Shown here piece by piece: positions 1-8,672 of a stretch of 32,973 bases of DNA; within the stretch, counting starts at the first letter, position 1, and each line of letters opens with the position of its first letter. The notes beneath the pieces are model-generated. The model was given only the letters and a program-made list of their open reading frames with translations. It searched no databases and was not told the DNA's origin. The translations under genes and the position numbers were made by a program. Source of the stretch: a virus (taxonomy: Duplodnaviria; Caudoviricetes); IMG/VR virus record IMGVR_UViG_3300020362_000369, positions 1 through 32,973 of that record; one strand, written 5' to 3'.

Positions 1-1
1 T

Positions 2-1495
2 TATTGTGCTACCACCGTCATTCCCAACAAAGGTTATATCTCCGTCTGAAATAGGGTTTTGTATATCAAAATCATTTGTGCTTGTAGGTCTTTCAAATAA
101 AGCATAAGCAGTTCCTTGGTCTTTAAATATAACAGTTCCTTTACTAGCACCTATGATTTCAGTTCTGTGTTCTGATTGAATTGTAAAATCTACATTTGAA
201 GCACCACCAACAAGTTTTTTACCAGAGGCAAGTTTCAATTCTGTGCTTAAAATTCTAAGAATCTCTGTATTATTTGTATTAAAAATAATTGGGTGGTTGG
301 TTGTTCTTTTAAATTCTGTGTAGTTTGAGGCATCATTATAGACTCTAAGAAGTGCAGTTCCACCTACACCAAAATCCATTCTTGCGGCGTTACCGCCATC
401 CACTTGCACACTAGCTGTGCCAGTTTGCTCACTTACCGCAAATGCTGTTCCTGTATAACTTATACTCATAGGGTTAGCACCTGCATAACCTATACCAACC
501 TGGGGTTTTGAGCTTAATCCATCTGAGATTTCTATAATTTGATCTGTGCCTAAAGTTTGCCCCTTACCAATTATAAATTTATCCCCTGCATCTTTTAGAC
601 CAATGTGGTAATCCTGTGCATTTCCGTCAAAAATAAGTTTTATATCTTCCTCATCTGCATCACCGATAATTACAGTAGGTACTGTGCCGCCAATATGTAG
701 TTGTGCTTGTGGGTTTGAAATTCCTATGCCAACTTTTCCGTCAGATTTCATTCGCATAGGTTCTGTAAATAAACCACCTACAGTAAAAGTTACATCACCA
801 TCTACAGTTCCAAATATTGAACCTTTAGGTGTGCCATTTGTTACAAATTTAACACCACCGATGTTGCCTGATGTTCTTGTAGAATTTATATTTACATTAG
901 TGAAGGTATTTGTAGTGTTGGTTATATCTCCTAAAACACTTAATGTGCTTCCGTCATAGGTCAAATTTGTTTCGGCTTCTAAAGTATCTGCTGTGCCACT
1001 TCCTGTGATAATTCTATTATCAGCATTGTTATTTATGGTAGTTCCACCACCAACAGCGCCCCAAGCGTTATTTTGATAACCTTCAAATTCATTTGTTGTG
1101 GTGTTGTATCTAAACATTCCATTTACCGCAGAACCATTTCTTTGCGCTGTAGTTCCTGCAGGTACTTTGATTGAGTCTGTTCCTGATAATGTTAAATTTT
1201 GAAAAGTTGGACTTATTGAAGATGCTAAAGAAGCACTTAAAGTGCCACTAGCTAAATTTGTTAAAGTAACATTTCCAGTAAGATCACCGCCCAATGTTAT
1301 AACTGGCGACTTGTTTATTGTGACCGCAGATGCTATATCTCCACCATCAATATTTAGTGAAACTGGTGTTCCTGTTGCACTAAATATAGCGTCTATTGCA
1401 TCTAAATCATTGTTTAAAGAAATACCCCAAGTATCTTCGGCCGCACCTATTTCTGGTTTGGTAAGATTTAAATTGGTTGTTGTTGTATCTGCCAT
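2..1495 (-). CDS. Tail fibre / receptor-binding protein 1, C-terminus truncated at the window edge (missing from the ORF track)
   Basis: ATG at 1495 reads [38 protein letters not shown], open to the edge. Contains IKVPAGTTAQR...GMFRYNTTTNEFEGY and MRMKSDGKVGIG..NP..QLHI motifs typical of marine phage fibres. Confidence 0.85.
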   Translation of the reverse strand, partial: MADTTTTNLNLTKPEIGAAEDTWGISLNNDLDAIDAIFSATGTPVSLNIDGGDIASAVTINKSPVITLGGDLTGNVTLTNLASGTLSASLASSISPTFQNLTLSGTDSIKVPAGTTAQRNGSAVNGMFRYNTTTNEFEGYQNNAWGAVGGGTTINNNADNRIITGSGTADTLEAETNLTYDGSTLSVLGDITNTTNTFTNVNINSTRTSGNIGGVKFVTNGTPKGSIFGTVDGDVTFTVGGLFTEPMRMKSDGKVGIGISNPQAQLHIGGTVPTVIIGDADEEDIKLIFDGNAQDYHIGLKDAGDKFIIGKGQTLGTDQIIEISDGLSSKPQVGIGYAGANPMSISYTGTAFAVSEQTGTASVQVDGGNAARMDFGVGGTALLRVYNDASNYTEFKRTTNHPIIFNTNNTEILRILSTELKLASGKKLVGGASNVDFTIQSEHRTEIIGASKGTVIFKDQGTAYALFERPTSTNDFDIQNPISDGDITFVGNDGGSTI

Positions 1496-1496
1496 A

Positions 1497-2099
1497 TTAT
1501 GCTACTTCTTGTTCGTCTAAATCTGTCCAAGTAGTTGTCGGATTGGTTTGGTTAGTCCAAGTACCACTCGTAACATTTTGCTCTGTCCAAGTATCAGCAG
1601 ACACGTTTTGCTCTGTCCAAGTATCACTTGCTACAGTTTGTTCTGTCCAAGAGCCATCCGCAACTATTTGGTCTGTCCATTTTAACCCACCAATAGAACT
1701 AAAACTAGAGATTGCTACAAGCGTAGCAGCACCATGATCTATTTGCGTACCTATTGAATTAAAACCAGAAATTGCTGCAATAGTTTGAGTAGTAGAAAAA
1801 ACTTGACGACCAATAGAACTAAATGCAGAAACACCAGTAATTGTTGCACTACCAAAATCAATTTGTGTACCTGTAGAAGTAAAGCCAGATGTACCTTGAA
1901 TTGTTGCTGTGCCTAAATCTAATTGTGTGCCTACAGAACTAAAAGCACTTGTTGCAGAAATGGTACTAGCACCAACTTGAGCAATTACAGCAGAAGCACT
2001 AAAACCGCTAACGCCAGATATTGTGGCTTCAGCTTGGTGTGCTAAGTTATTATATTTGGATCTGCTGTAGTAACCCTGATTATAGCCGATACTGGCCAT
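1497..2099 (-). CDS. Repeat-rich virion structural protein
   Basis: About 20-aa G.ATI.G.S.FSS.G.Q repeats and C-terminal 10-aa WTEQ repeats; lies in the tail module. Confidence 0.7.
   Translation of the reverse strand: MASIGYNQGYYSRSKYNNLAHQAEATISGVSGFSASAVIAQVGASTISATSAFSSVGTQLDLGTATIQGTSGFTSTGTQIDFGSATITGVSAFSSIGRQVFSTTQTIAAISGFNSIGTQIDHGAATLVAISSFSSIGGLKWTDQIVADGSWTEQTVASDTWTEQNVSADTWTEQNVTSGTWTNQTNPTTTWTDLDEQEVA
1520..1682. repeat. Tandem 30-bp coding repeats (WTEQxVxxDT)
   Basis: TCTGTCCAAG core recurs every 30 bp (about 1582, 1612, 1642), with degenerate copies on either side. Confidence 0.8.
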
Positions 2100-2103
2100 G
2101 ATG

Positions 2104-2496
2104 TTACGTCAGCGTTATGTCAAGATCACCAGCATTGAATCTAAAAGCATCGCCACTACTTACGACCTTTGAAGAATCTAAAGTAGAGTAAGCTAATAAA
2201 TTACCGCCTGAAGAAGCATCTAAAACACCAACAGCAACCACAGTTCCATAATTTGCTGTAGCACTAGGATATTCAATAGCTGCTGTGTTACTTGCAGTTG
2301 TAGGGTTTGTACCTGAAACAGTAAATGTTGCTGTTTGTCTAGCGTAAGCACCGCCAGAAACTTCTGTGCCACCACCAGTATCAGATGGTGCTACTGTATA
2401 TAAGGCCACATATAGAGTAGATGGTGCTGTAAAAGCGTTACCACCAAATACATGCTCTAAAACTTTGTCCTCTAAATAATCACTAAATCCTGACAT
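2104..2496 (-). CDS. Small tail/virion protein
   Basis: FSDYLEDKVLEH...LYVALYT..P.DTGGGTEVSGGAYARQ...FRFNAGDLDITL, a conserved phage virion family. Confidence 0.75.
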   Translation of the reverse strand: MSGFSDYLEDKVLEHVFGGNAFTAPSTLYVALYTVAPSDTGGGTEVSGGAYARQTATFTVSGTNPTTASNTAAIEYPSATANYGTVVAVGVLDASSGGNLLAYSTLDSSKVVSSGDAFRFNAGDLDITLT

Positions 2497-2504
2497 ATCT
2501 TACC

Positions 2505-3152
2505 TCAACTCTTAAAATGATAAGTTGTTTTGTGTGCTTTGCCATAAGTTCTTCTTCTTGGTATTAAAGAGCCTTTGCCAAATTCAGCACGTTCTTGTTC
2601 CATTCTCATTTCTTCTAGTGCTTTTTCAAACAACTGAGAAAACATATTTACACGCTCATCTTCCATTAGGTAAATCGAAGCGTGTTTTAGACAACCATAT
2701 AAATAAACATCTGGGTGTCCTGTCGATACAAAATTGGTAGTGTTTGTGCTACTCAACGCTGCTATCGAAGCATAATAGGTTAATTGTAATGTATAGCTTG
2801 TGTCAGGTGTAGGTGCTAACTCTAAAGTTTTATCAACAACAGAGAAAAAAACTGGTTGTCCAGAAGTATTGTCGTTAGCTTTTCTATAAACATCTAAAGA
2901 TTCTATAGATTGTTGTAGTAAAGGTGTGAAATCGCCAGAGGTAATTTCTATGTTAATAGCTTCTAACCAGTCAGTTGGTAAAGATAAATATTGACTATCA
3001 GCAGTTGCAGTCGCTCTAACCACCATATCTTTGGTTCTTAATCTTCTGTTAAGTTCACCTTCGGTAGCATCAATAAAAAAATCTAATTTAGAAGTCAAAT
3101 CGCTTCTGTTTAAAAAATCTGCTATCTGTGTTTTTAATTCATCGTAAGTCAT
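2505..3152 (-). CDS. Head-tail adaptor protein
   Basis: MTYDELKTQIADFLNRSDLT...LP.DWLE...LAPTPD..Y...HPDVYLYG; position downstream of the capsid gene. Confidence 0.75.
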   Translation of the reverse strand: MTYDELKTQIADFLNRSDLTSKLDFFIDATEGELNRRLRTKDMVVRATATADSQYLSLPTDWLEAINIEITSGDFTPLLQQSIESLDVYRKANDNTSGQPVFFSVVDKTLELAPTPDTSYTLQLTYYASIAALSSTNTTNFVSTGHPDVYLYGCLKHASIYLMEDERVNMFSQLFEKALEEMRMEQERAEFGKGSLIPRRRTYGKAHKTTYHFKS

Positions 3153-3439
3153 ACTTTACCTTGCCAAGTTCTAAAAAGTTTATTGTTAGGATCGTTTAAC
3201 CATTTTTTCCATTTGGCTTTGTCATTCGCCCAACCTTCTCGTATAGCTTTTTGATATATTACCATAGGTACTTCTGCAACATGACGTAATTCTTTTCCTG
3301 GTTTAAATTCTTGTAGGTCTTTAACGTGCTTCAATATTGGCGCTACGTTTTGTTTGGTGTGATAAACAAACTTATCATCTTCGGTAGCAAATTCGCTAAC
3401 AAAGTTTGTTCTTGAGTCTATTACTGTTCTTCTTGCCAT
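3149..3439 (-). CDS. Conserved phage protein following the capsid gene
   Basis: QNVAPIL...LRHVAEVP...KWLNDPNNKLFRT; ATGA-coupled to the adaptor gene. Confidence 0.7.
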   Translation of the reverse strand: MARRTVIDSRTNFVSEFATEDDKFVYHTKQNVAPILKHVKDLQEFKPGKELRHVAEVPMVIYQKAIREGWANDKAKWKKWLNDPNNKLFRTWQGKV

Positions 3440-3442
3440 TTT

Positions 3443-3471
3443 AAAAAAGAGGGGCGACTAGCACCCCTCTT
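3443..3471 (-). terminator. Intrinsic terminator after the major capsid gene
   Basis: AAGAGGGGTGC-TAGTC-GCCCCTCTT followed by a T run on the minus strand. Confidence 0.8.
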
Positions 3472-3479
3472 AATTAAAC

Positions 3480-4415
3480 TTATGATGTTGATAAGTCGTA
3501 CACAGCACCATGAGCAGCTTCGTTGCTCACTTCTAAGCCATATTCAACAACTATCATTTTAGTTTCAGCATCACCAATAGTTGAGATGTCGATAGTTTCA
3601 AAATCTCTAAGATAAGAAACTTTTGCATACTCAGGGTCTAATAGTAAGGCAGTTCTACCTCTACTTCTGTTTGAAGGAACTACTTGTAGTTCTCCAAAGT
3701 CGCCAGAGTAGATAGATACAGATGCTTCAATAGTATTAGCATCTACGAACTGTCTAGCTGAACTTCTACCAGTAAAACCAGATACAACTGATTTCACGTG
3801 AGGGCCAACAACTAGTAATGAAGGCTCACCACCATTAGTGAAACAAGACTGTTGAACAGTCTTAACAAGAGCTTCAGTTATAGCTCTTTGCGTTCCATTA
3901 GTAGTAGCTGCACCACTACCGCCATAAACACCATTAGTACCGATAGACTTGTTAGTAGTGATCCAAGTTTCTAAACCACCTGTTTGCCTAGCAGTAGTAG
4001 CGTTACCGGCTGCTTTTGCGTTGTTTTGAGTTAAGGCTTCTTCCATATCTCTTTTCAACGCTTTAGCCATAAGAGCTAATTGGTGCGCCATTTCACTTCT
4101 TTTGCCTGCTGCATCAGAAGCGTTTTGTGAGCCTGTAACTGTTGCATCTCTGCTTGAAATCATACAGATATTGCTCACTCTAGTTGTAGCAGTCGAAGCT
4201 GCTCTTGAAAGTTCAAAACCTTCAAGTTTCCCTGTTGCACTTGGAGTTGGCAAAGATTCTACTTGCCAATCAAACTGCACATTACTTACGTTATTTCTTC
4301 CTATGGCACTCATTACCGGAGTTGCTGTTGGAGAGATGTTATAAATAACATCGCTTAATTCTTCTCTGTCAGCAGTCGCAGTATAAGTATCAAAGGCATT
4401 TGTAACTTTAGCCAT
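3480..4415 (-). CDS. Major capsid protein (DUF5309/SU10-like, HK97 fold)
   Basis: REELSDVIYNISPTATP, EG..., SRDATVTGSQ, LKRDME, SDFG-like GDFGELQVVPSNR; strong SD GAGGAG; follows the scaffold gene. Confidence 0.9.
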   Translation of the reverse strand: MAKVTNAFDTYTATADREELSDVIYNISPTATPVMSAIGRNNVSNVQFDWQVESLPTPSATGKLEGFELSRAASTATTRVSNICMISSRDATVTGSQNASDAAGKRSEMAHQLALMAKALKRDMEEALTQNNAKAAGNATTARQTGGLETWITTNKSIGTNGVYGGSGAATTNGTQRAITEALVKTVQQSCFTNGGEPSLLVVGPHVKSVVSGFTGRSSARQFVDANTIEASVSIYSGDFGELQVVPSNRSRGRTALLLDPEYAKVSYLRDFETIDISTIGDAETKMIVVEYGLEVSNEAAHGAVYDLSTS

Positions 4416-4427
4416 TTTTCATACTCC

Positions 4428-4443
4428 TCTAGCTTTCGCTAGA
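4428..4443 (-). promoter_or_regulatory. GNRA-tetraloop hairpin abutting the capsid RBS
   Basis: TCTAGC-GAAA-GCTAGA immediately before and overlapping GAGGAG. Confidence 0.55.
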
Positions 4444-4445
4444 AA

Positions 4446-5465
4446 TTAAATTAAATTTTCAAAAACTTTAGCCGCATCTTGGACTTTGCCAGATTTAGCT
4501 AACCTCTGTTTAGACTGTTTTAAAGGAGTTGATTTTCTAACTTGATTTGCAGTTCCAGGCCTAGCTACTCTGGCTGCAGATTTTTGTGTTGGTTTTTTCT
4601 TTGTTGCTTTTACAGTTTTATCATGCAACCAAGAATTTCTTAAACCTAATAAAATTCTGTAGTCATAAACTTGATCCATTTCTTCTGCTGTGAAACCTAA
4701 TGAATTAATAGCATAATCCCTAATAGCTATCTTTTCAGAATTAGCTTTTTCGGTATCTTTCCATTCCGGAACTTTTTTTAATAACTCCTGGTTGCCGAAC
4801 TGAATAAATTGCTCTATTTGTTCTCGCTGTTTTGCAATTTCATCATCTTTGAGTCTTTGCTGTTCAGCTTTTGTAGCTTCCAATTGTTTCTTTTTTTCGT
4901 TCCAAACATCTTTTTCACGAACATAAGCTATAGGATCATTTTCATATAGCTGTTTCCAATCAGGCTCTTTGCCTAATTCGGCTTCTAAACTAGCTTCAAG
5001 TTTAGGTAATAAATCCCTATAAACTTCGTCTTTTTGCTTTAACTCTGCTTGTTGGCTTTCAATCTCTTTACGTTGATTAGCCAATTCTTGAGTCTTGCGT
5101 GTATAGTCTTGCTGACGACTGTAGCCATTTTGGAGTTCTTCGAGGGTAACTTGAGTTTCTATACCATTTTGTTTGACAGTATAAAGCTCAGGTTGTTCGC
5201 TCTCCTCATGCTCTACTTGATCTTCTATTGACTCGTCTTGATCTTCTTCAAGAACTTCTTCATCTGTTTCTTCGATTTCTTCAGTAGCTTCCAATTCAAC
5301 TTCTGTTTCTTCGGTAACTTCCTCGATTTCTTCTACAGCTTCTTCAACAAACTCTTCATTTTCTTCAACTGGTGCTTCTTCTTCAGGAGTCAGTAAGTTA
5401 GAAAATGCTTGTTCTGCCTGTTGTAAATTAGTTTGTAATGCAGTCGGTTTTTCCGGTGTTGCCAT
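4446..5465 (-). CDS. Capsid scaffolding protein
   Basis: Very acidic N-terminus, YTVKQNG...VTLEEL.NGYSRQQDYTRKTQELA, coiled coil, C-terminal RLAKSGKVQDAA. Confidence 0.88.
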   Translation of the reverse strand: MATPEKPTALQTNLQQAEQAFSNLLTPEEEAPVEENEEFVEEAVEEIEEVTEETEVELEATEEIEETDEEVLEEDQDESIEDQVEHEESEQPELYTVKQNGIETQVTLEELQNGYSRQQDYTRKTQELANQRKEIESQQAELKQKDEVYRDLLPKLEASLEAELGKEPDWKQLYENDPIAYVREKDVWNEKKKQLEATKAEQQRLKDDEIAKQREQIEQFIQFGNQELLKKVPEWKDTEKANSEKIAIRDYAINSLGFTAEEMDQVYDYRILLGLRNSWLHDKTVKATKKKPTQKSAARVARPGTANQVRKSTPLKQSKQRLAKSGKVQDAAKVFENLI

Positions 5466-5496
5466 GTTTTTACCTCATATAGTAAATAATGTTCAA

Positions 5497-5526
5497 ATTT
5501 TACTCTAAAAGACCAGGAAAGCTCAA
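5497..5526 (-). promoter_or_regulatory. Putative sigma70 promoter for scaffold and capsid genes
   Basis: TTGAGC-18 bp-TAAAAT in the intergenic gap upstream of the scaffold RBS. Confidence 0.45.
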
Positions 5527-5532
5527 GAATTA

Positions 5533-5796
5533 TTATCTAGTTATGCTTCTTATCTTGTCTAATTGAGTTTTAGTTATTCTGCCTTTTTCAATAATAATCC
5601 TTAGATGTTTTTCTACTTCTGGCAAAATTCTGATAGCTTTGTGTAAATCTTCTCTAAAACTGCTATCAGCTTCAGAGGAGTTTTCCCACTTTTGCATATA
5701 TTCTTCTTTGAGGTGTGCAACAGCTTTTTTAAATACTTCGCTATTTAAAATAACTTCTGCTTCATTGGCTTCTAATATTTCTTTTTGTGAGGGCAT
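5533..5796 (-). CDS. Conserved head-module protein
   Basis: EAEVILNSEVFKKA...KWENS...RE; a common small gene upstream of scaffold genes. Confidence 0.65.
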   Translation of the reverse strand: MPSQKEILEANEAEVILNSEVFKKAVAHLKEEYMQKWENSSEADSSFREDLHKAIRILPEVEKHLRIIIEKGRITKTQLDKIRSITR

Positions 5797-5799
5797 AAT

Positions 5800-6021
5800 T
5801 TATGAGATAGCTTGATAAATAACTTCTTGTAATAGAAAACCAGTAACTCCTAAAAATATTGTTAAAACAAATATTAGCGTGTTTCTTATAGTTTTATTAA
5901 CTGAAGTAATAGCGTTTTCAATGGCTTCTAAACGTCTATAGTTTTCTTTCCAACGCTGTTCACAAGCAGCTTCATGGGAACTTAAACGCTTATCTATTTC
6001 TGCTACAGTCGCTCTTGCCAT
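5800..6021 (-). CDS. XhlA/haemolysin-like membrane protein (lysis accessory)
   Basis: RLSSHEAACEQRW coiled coil plus one C-terminal transmembrane helix. Confidence 0.6.
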   Translation of the reverse strand: MARATVAEIDKRLSSHEAACEQRWKENYRRLEAIENAITSVNKTIRNTLIFVLTIFLGVTGFLLQEVIYQAIS

Positions 6022-6408
6022 TTAATAACTCCAAACAGTAGGTCTTGGTCTTTCTTCTGAGTGATTTGCAATATCAAGATGTATGAATCTACTATTGCCT
6101 TTTTGATTAACGCCAATGCCTGTAAAACCATATTCTTTTGCATAAGTAATAATTTTATATGCTTCCACACCACGACACAATATATCAACTGCAAGACCTG
6201 TACTATGTGTACCAGGCTTAGATTTTTTTGCTTCAATAGGATGTTCTGGACAACGATAGCCAGAACTAACTACAAAAGAAAAATTTAAAAAAGTTCTAAG
6301 AGCTTGTAGCCTATTTAATAGTTCTTCTTTGATACCTTCTTTACCACAATGCTGACAAGCAAATTCTTCTGGCTTAAAATTTTTATAAAGTTCCCAATTC
6401 ATCTTCAA
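6022..6408 (-). CDS. Endolysin, peptidase M15A family
   Basis: NFKPEEFACQHCG, SSGYRC..H, H..G.A.D and FIHLD zinc-binding motifs. Confidence 0.88.
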   Translation of the reverse strand: MKMNWELYKNFKPEEFACQHCGKEGIKEELLNRLQALRTFLNFSFVVSSGYRCPEHPIEAKKSKPGTHSTGLAVDILCRGVEAYKIITYAKEYGFTGIGVNQKGNSRFIHLDIANHSEERPRPTVWSY

Positions 6409-6577
6409 AAATTATTTTTTCTGCCATTATATATTCGCCAACAATAATCAAATCTTTATTCATTTTTTTTGCTTTAATTTTAGCTTCTTCATAAGTATTA
6501 GCATAAACCAAAGGGCCTTCAAATATTCTTACAGTTTTATCAGATAAAACTGCCGGAATTTCTGTCATAAATACCAT
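6383..6577 (-). CDS. Hypothetical protein
   Basis: IFEGPLVYANTYEEA motif; tightly packed in the operon. Confidence 0.6.
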   Translation of the reverse strand: MVFMTEIPAVLSDKTVRIFEGPLVYANTYEEAKIKAKKMNKDLIIVGEYIMAEKIIFEDELGTL

Positions 6578-6578
6578 A

Positions 6579-7001
6579 CTAAGGCCTTAGTACATCTTTG
6601 ACATTTTCTTCTCGCATATTGTTACGAGCTACACCTTTCCATTTTTCAGCAGTTCTTAAACCGCCAAGACCAAGCAAAGACAAAGTTAAGGTCATTAGTC
6701 CTTCAGTATTTAAAACTGGTGGTTGAATTGATGATCCTGAGATAACTACTATCCAATTCATTAAAGGTGCTAAAAAGTATTGCCACATCAAGGCTAATGC
6801 GCAAATCCAAAGGATTGCAGGCCTTGATCCCGAAACAAAAATAGAAGGATGTTTTGCTTGTTCTAAATTTATTTCTGCTTGTGCTTTTTGCAAATCAATC
6901 ATTTGCGCTTTGATACTAGCTTCTAATTCCATACGCTTATTTTTATCAGGTATGGCTTTACCAATTAAATCGCTTATTGGTTTAAAAAATTTATCAATCA
7001 T
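6579..7001 (-). CDS. Holin, 3TM (GTA holin-like)
   Basis: IPDK...QAEINLEQAKHPSIFVSGSRPAILW...LLGLGGLRTAEK. Confidence 0.85.
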   Translation of the reverse strand: MIDKFFKPISDLIGKAIPDKNKRMELEASIKAQMIDLQKAQAEINLEQAKHPSIFVSGSRPAILWICALALMWQYFLAPLMNWIVVISGSSIQPPVLNTEGLMTLTLSLLGLGGLRTAEKWKGVARNNMREENVKDVLRP

Positions 7002-7356
7002 CGTCTTTACCTTCTAATATTTTTTGTAGTTTCATAGCCTTTTCATGCGCTGAATCAGCGTGTAAATCTTTATCAACTATTTTCTCCAATTTTAAACTCT
7101 CTATCTTGGTATTGCTAATGTAACGCCAAGTATAACCATCTTTTGAATATACACCAAAGACAGTAGTACCCATACCAATCTTGATTATCATGGCTTGTTC
7201 GCCATCGAGTAAGACTTTATCGCCTTCGTTAAATTGTGAGTTTAGTTTGAATTTAAGACCTTTGATGAATGATACAGAATAGTCTTTGAGAGCAAGTCCA
7301 CCTAAGACACTTGCCAATAATAAAGATGCTTCAACATAATATTGCTCAAAGTCCAC
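6994..7356 (-). CDS. MscS beta-domain-like membrane protein
   Basis: One transmembrane helix, then LKDYSVSFIKG...FNEGDKVLLDGEQAMIIKIG...TVF...ISN, resembling the MscS TM3 and middle beta domain; GTG start. Confidence 0.6.
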   Translation of the reverse strand: MDFEQYYVEASLLLASVLGGLALKDYSVSFIKGLKFKLNSQFNEGDKVLLDGEQAMIIKIGMGTTVFGVYSKDGYTWRYISNTKIESLKLEKIVDKDLHADSAHEKAMKLQKILEGKDDD

Positions 7357-7361
7357 TTGTC

Positions 7362-7508
7362 TTAACCATGAGTTTTTTGCACCTCAAACTCAGCAGTAAG
7401 ACTAGCGCCTTTGTGTGGTTTAAATTTGCCCTCGTGCTTCATCAATTTATAAGTCTTGCCAGACTTCATAAAGTGAAAGCCTTTAGGTGCTTTTAGTTTT
7501 TTCTTCAT
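7362..7508 (-). CDS. Basic microprotein, 48 aa
   Basis: MKKKLKAPKGFHFMKSGKTYKLMKHEGKFKPHKGASLTAEFEVQKTHG; ATGA overlap with the upstream gene. Confidence 0.7.
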   Translation of the reverse strand: MKKKLKAPKGFHFMKSGKTYKLMKHEGKFKPHKGASLTAEFEVQKTHG

Positions 7509-7627
7509 TTCTTTTTAGTTTTCTTTTTAGCTTTTAATTTTTTAAAATCAGCACCAGTAATTTTATTACGAGGTTTAGCTACTCTGGCTAACTTCTTTTG
7601 TTTTGGAGAATATTTACTAAAAGGCAT
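7505..7627 (-). CDS. Basic microprotein, 40 aa
   Basis: MPFSKYSPKQKKLARVAKPRNKITGADFKKLKAKKKTKKK. Confidence 0.7.
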   Translation of the reverse strand: MPFSKYSPKQKKLARVAKPRNKITGADFKKLKAKKKTKKK

Positions 7628-7629
7628 GA

Positions 7630-7692
7630 TTACTTCTTTTTTTTAGTTTTAGGTTTGGTTTTAGTTTTTTTCTTCTTTTTTGAATGATACAT
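7630..7692 (-). CDS. Poly-lysine peptide, 20 aa
   Basis: MYHSKKKKKTKTKPKTKKKK with SD GAGG; fills the gap with 2-bp spacers on both sides. Confidence 0.55.
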   Translation of the reverse strand: MYHSKKKKKTKTKPKTKKKK

Positions 7693-7694
7693 AA

Positions 7695-7934
7695 CTACCT
7701 CTTCTTTTTACGTTTTGGTCTTAGTAAATCTGCATCTGCTTTTCTAGCACCACCTTTGCCTGTAGCAAAAGATCGTACTCGGCCTGCAGCCCATTGATGC
7801 GCAGATACACCTGGTCGTGATCCTGACGAATAATATGCGCCAAGACCTCTTTTGTAAACTTTTGCTAAAGTGCCTTTGGAAATACCGCTAGACTTAGCGT
7901 ATTTTTTTAAAGTTGCTTCTTTACTTCCTGCCAC
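7695..7934 (-). CDS. Basic protein, DUF5824-like
   Basis: AKSSGISKGTLAKVYKRGLGAY...RPG.SAHQWAAGRVRSF. Confidence 0.7.
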   Translation of the reverse strand: MAGSKEATLKKYAKSSGISKGTLAKVYKRGLGAYYSSGSRPGVSAHQWAAGRVRSFATGKGGARKADADLLRPKRKKKR

Positions 7935-8112
7935 TTTTGCTTCTCTGTTTAGATATTCTGTTCATCATAGCCGGTGTTAATTTACCTTGTCTGTATAGTT
8001 TAGCAGTTCTTTTTATTTCTTTCTCCCTAGCCTTTGGATTTTTTGCGCCTTTTACATACTTCTTAGGCACACCACCTTTGGTCTTAGGTACTTTTGCGAA
8101 TTTGCGTTTCAT
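7921..8112 (-). CDS. Basic protein
   Basis: GVPKKYVKG...REKEIKR; overlaps both neighbours. Confidence 0.65.
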   Translation of the reverse strand: MKRKFAKVPKTKGGVPKKYVKGAKNPKAREKEIKRTAKLYRQGKLTPAMMNRISKQRSKSGRK

Positions 8113-8212
8113 CTTTTTTAAGTTGATTGTGTTTTTTTAATTTTTGTTGTTCTTTTATTTTTTTTAATTGTTGTTTAGTTAATTTTCTTTGATGTTGTTG
8201 TGGTCTTACCAT
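8084..8212 (-). CDS. Lys/Gln-rich microprotein, 42 aa
   Basis: MVRPQQHQRKLTKQQLKKIKEQQKLKKHNQLKKDETQIRKST; start overlaps the upstream stop. Confidence 0.5.
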   Translation of the reverse strand: MVRPQQHQRKLTKQQLKKIKEQQKLKKHNQLKKDETQIRKST

Positions 8213-8487
8213 TTTACTTTATTCGCCCAGTAAGCTGCTGACATCTTCCCTTTTTTAATATTTTTTGCATGACGAGCTTTAAAAGATTTTCTACGAGCCT
8301 TTTGTTTTGCTGACTCGCCTGCTTTTGGCTTACCTGCGGTTTTTACTCCTTGTTGTCCAAAACGAATAGTTTTAACTTTGTCGCCTTCTTTAGCAACGAC
8401 AATATGTGATTTGGTTTTGTGTCCTGGCGTTCTTTTAGGTTTGTTATACCCAGACACACCTGCTCGTTTTAGTCTTGAATCTTTCAT
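8206..8487 (-). CDS. Conserved basic phage protein
   Basis: GYNKPKRTP.H.TKSH.VVAKEGDKVK.IRFGQQG...RRKSFKARH...SAAYWA.K.KW. Confidence 0.8.
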   Translation of the reverse strand: MKDSRLKRAGVSGYNKPKRTPGHKTKSHIVVAKEGDKVKTIRFGQQGVKTAGKPKAGESAKQKARRKSFKARHAKNIKKGKMSAAYWANKVKW

Positions 8488-8672
8488 TAGTGCAAAGTTA
8501 TTTCTTTAATTAAAAATATTTCAGTATCAGCTTCTATTTTATCCTTAAATAAAAATTTCATAAATGATTTTGCTTGTTCAAAACTACGAGCCTTAATATC
8601 TGTACCGATATAAACGTGATCCCCAACTACACATTCCAAATGATAAAGTTTAACTGGCGCTATTGAAGTCAT
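8487..8672 (-). CDS. Hypothetical protein
   Basis: Likely start MTSIAP at 8672; YIGTDIKARSFEQA motif; TAATG coupling to the next gene. Confidence 0.55.
   Translation of the reverse strand: MTSIAPVKLYHLECVVGDHVYIGTDIKARSFEQAKSFMKFLFKDKIEADTEIFLIKEITLH

Noticed and set aside
1-1495. Diversity-generating retroelement or invertible tail-fibre switch
   Set aside because: No reverse transcriptase, template/variable repeat pair or invertase with inverted sites in the window; the unseen gap cannot be assessed.
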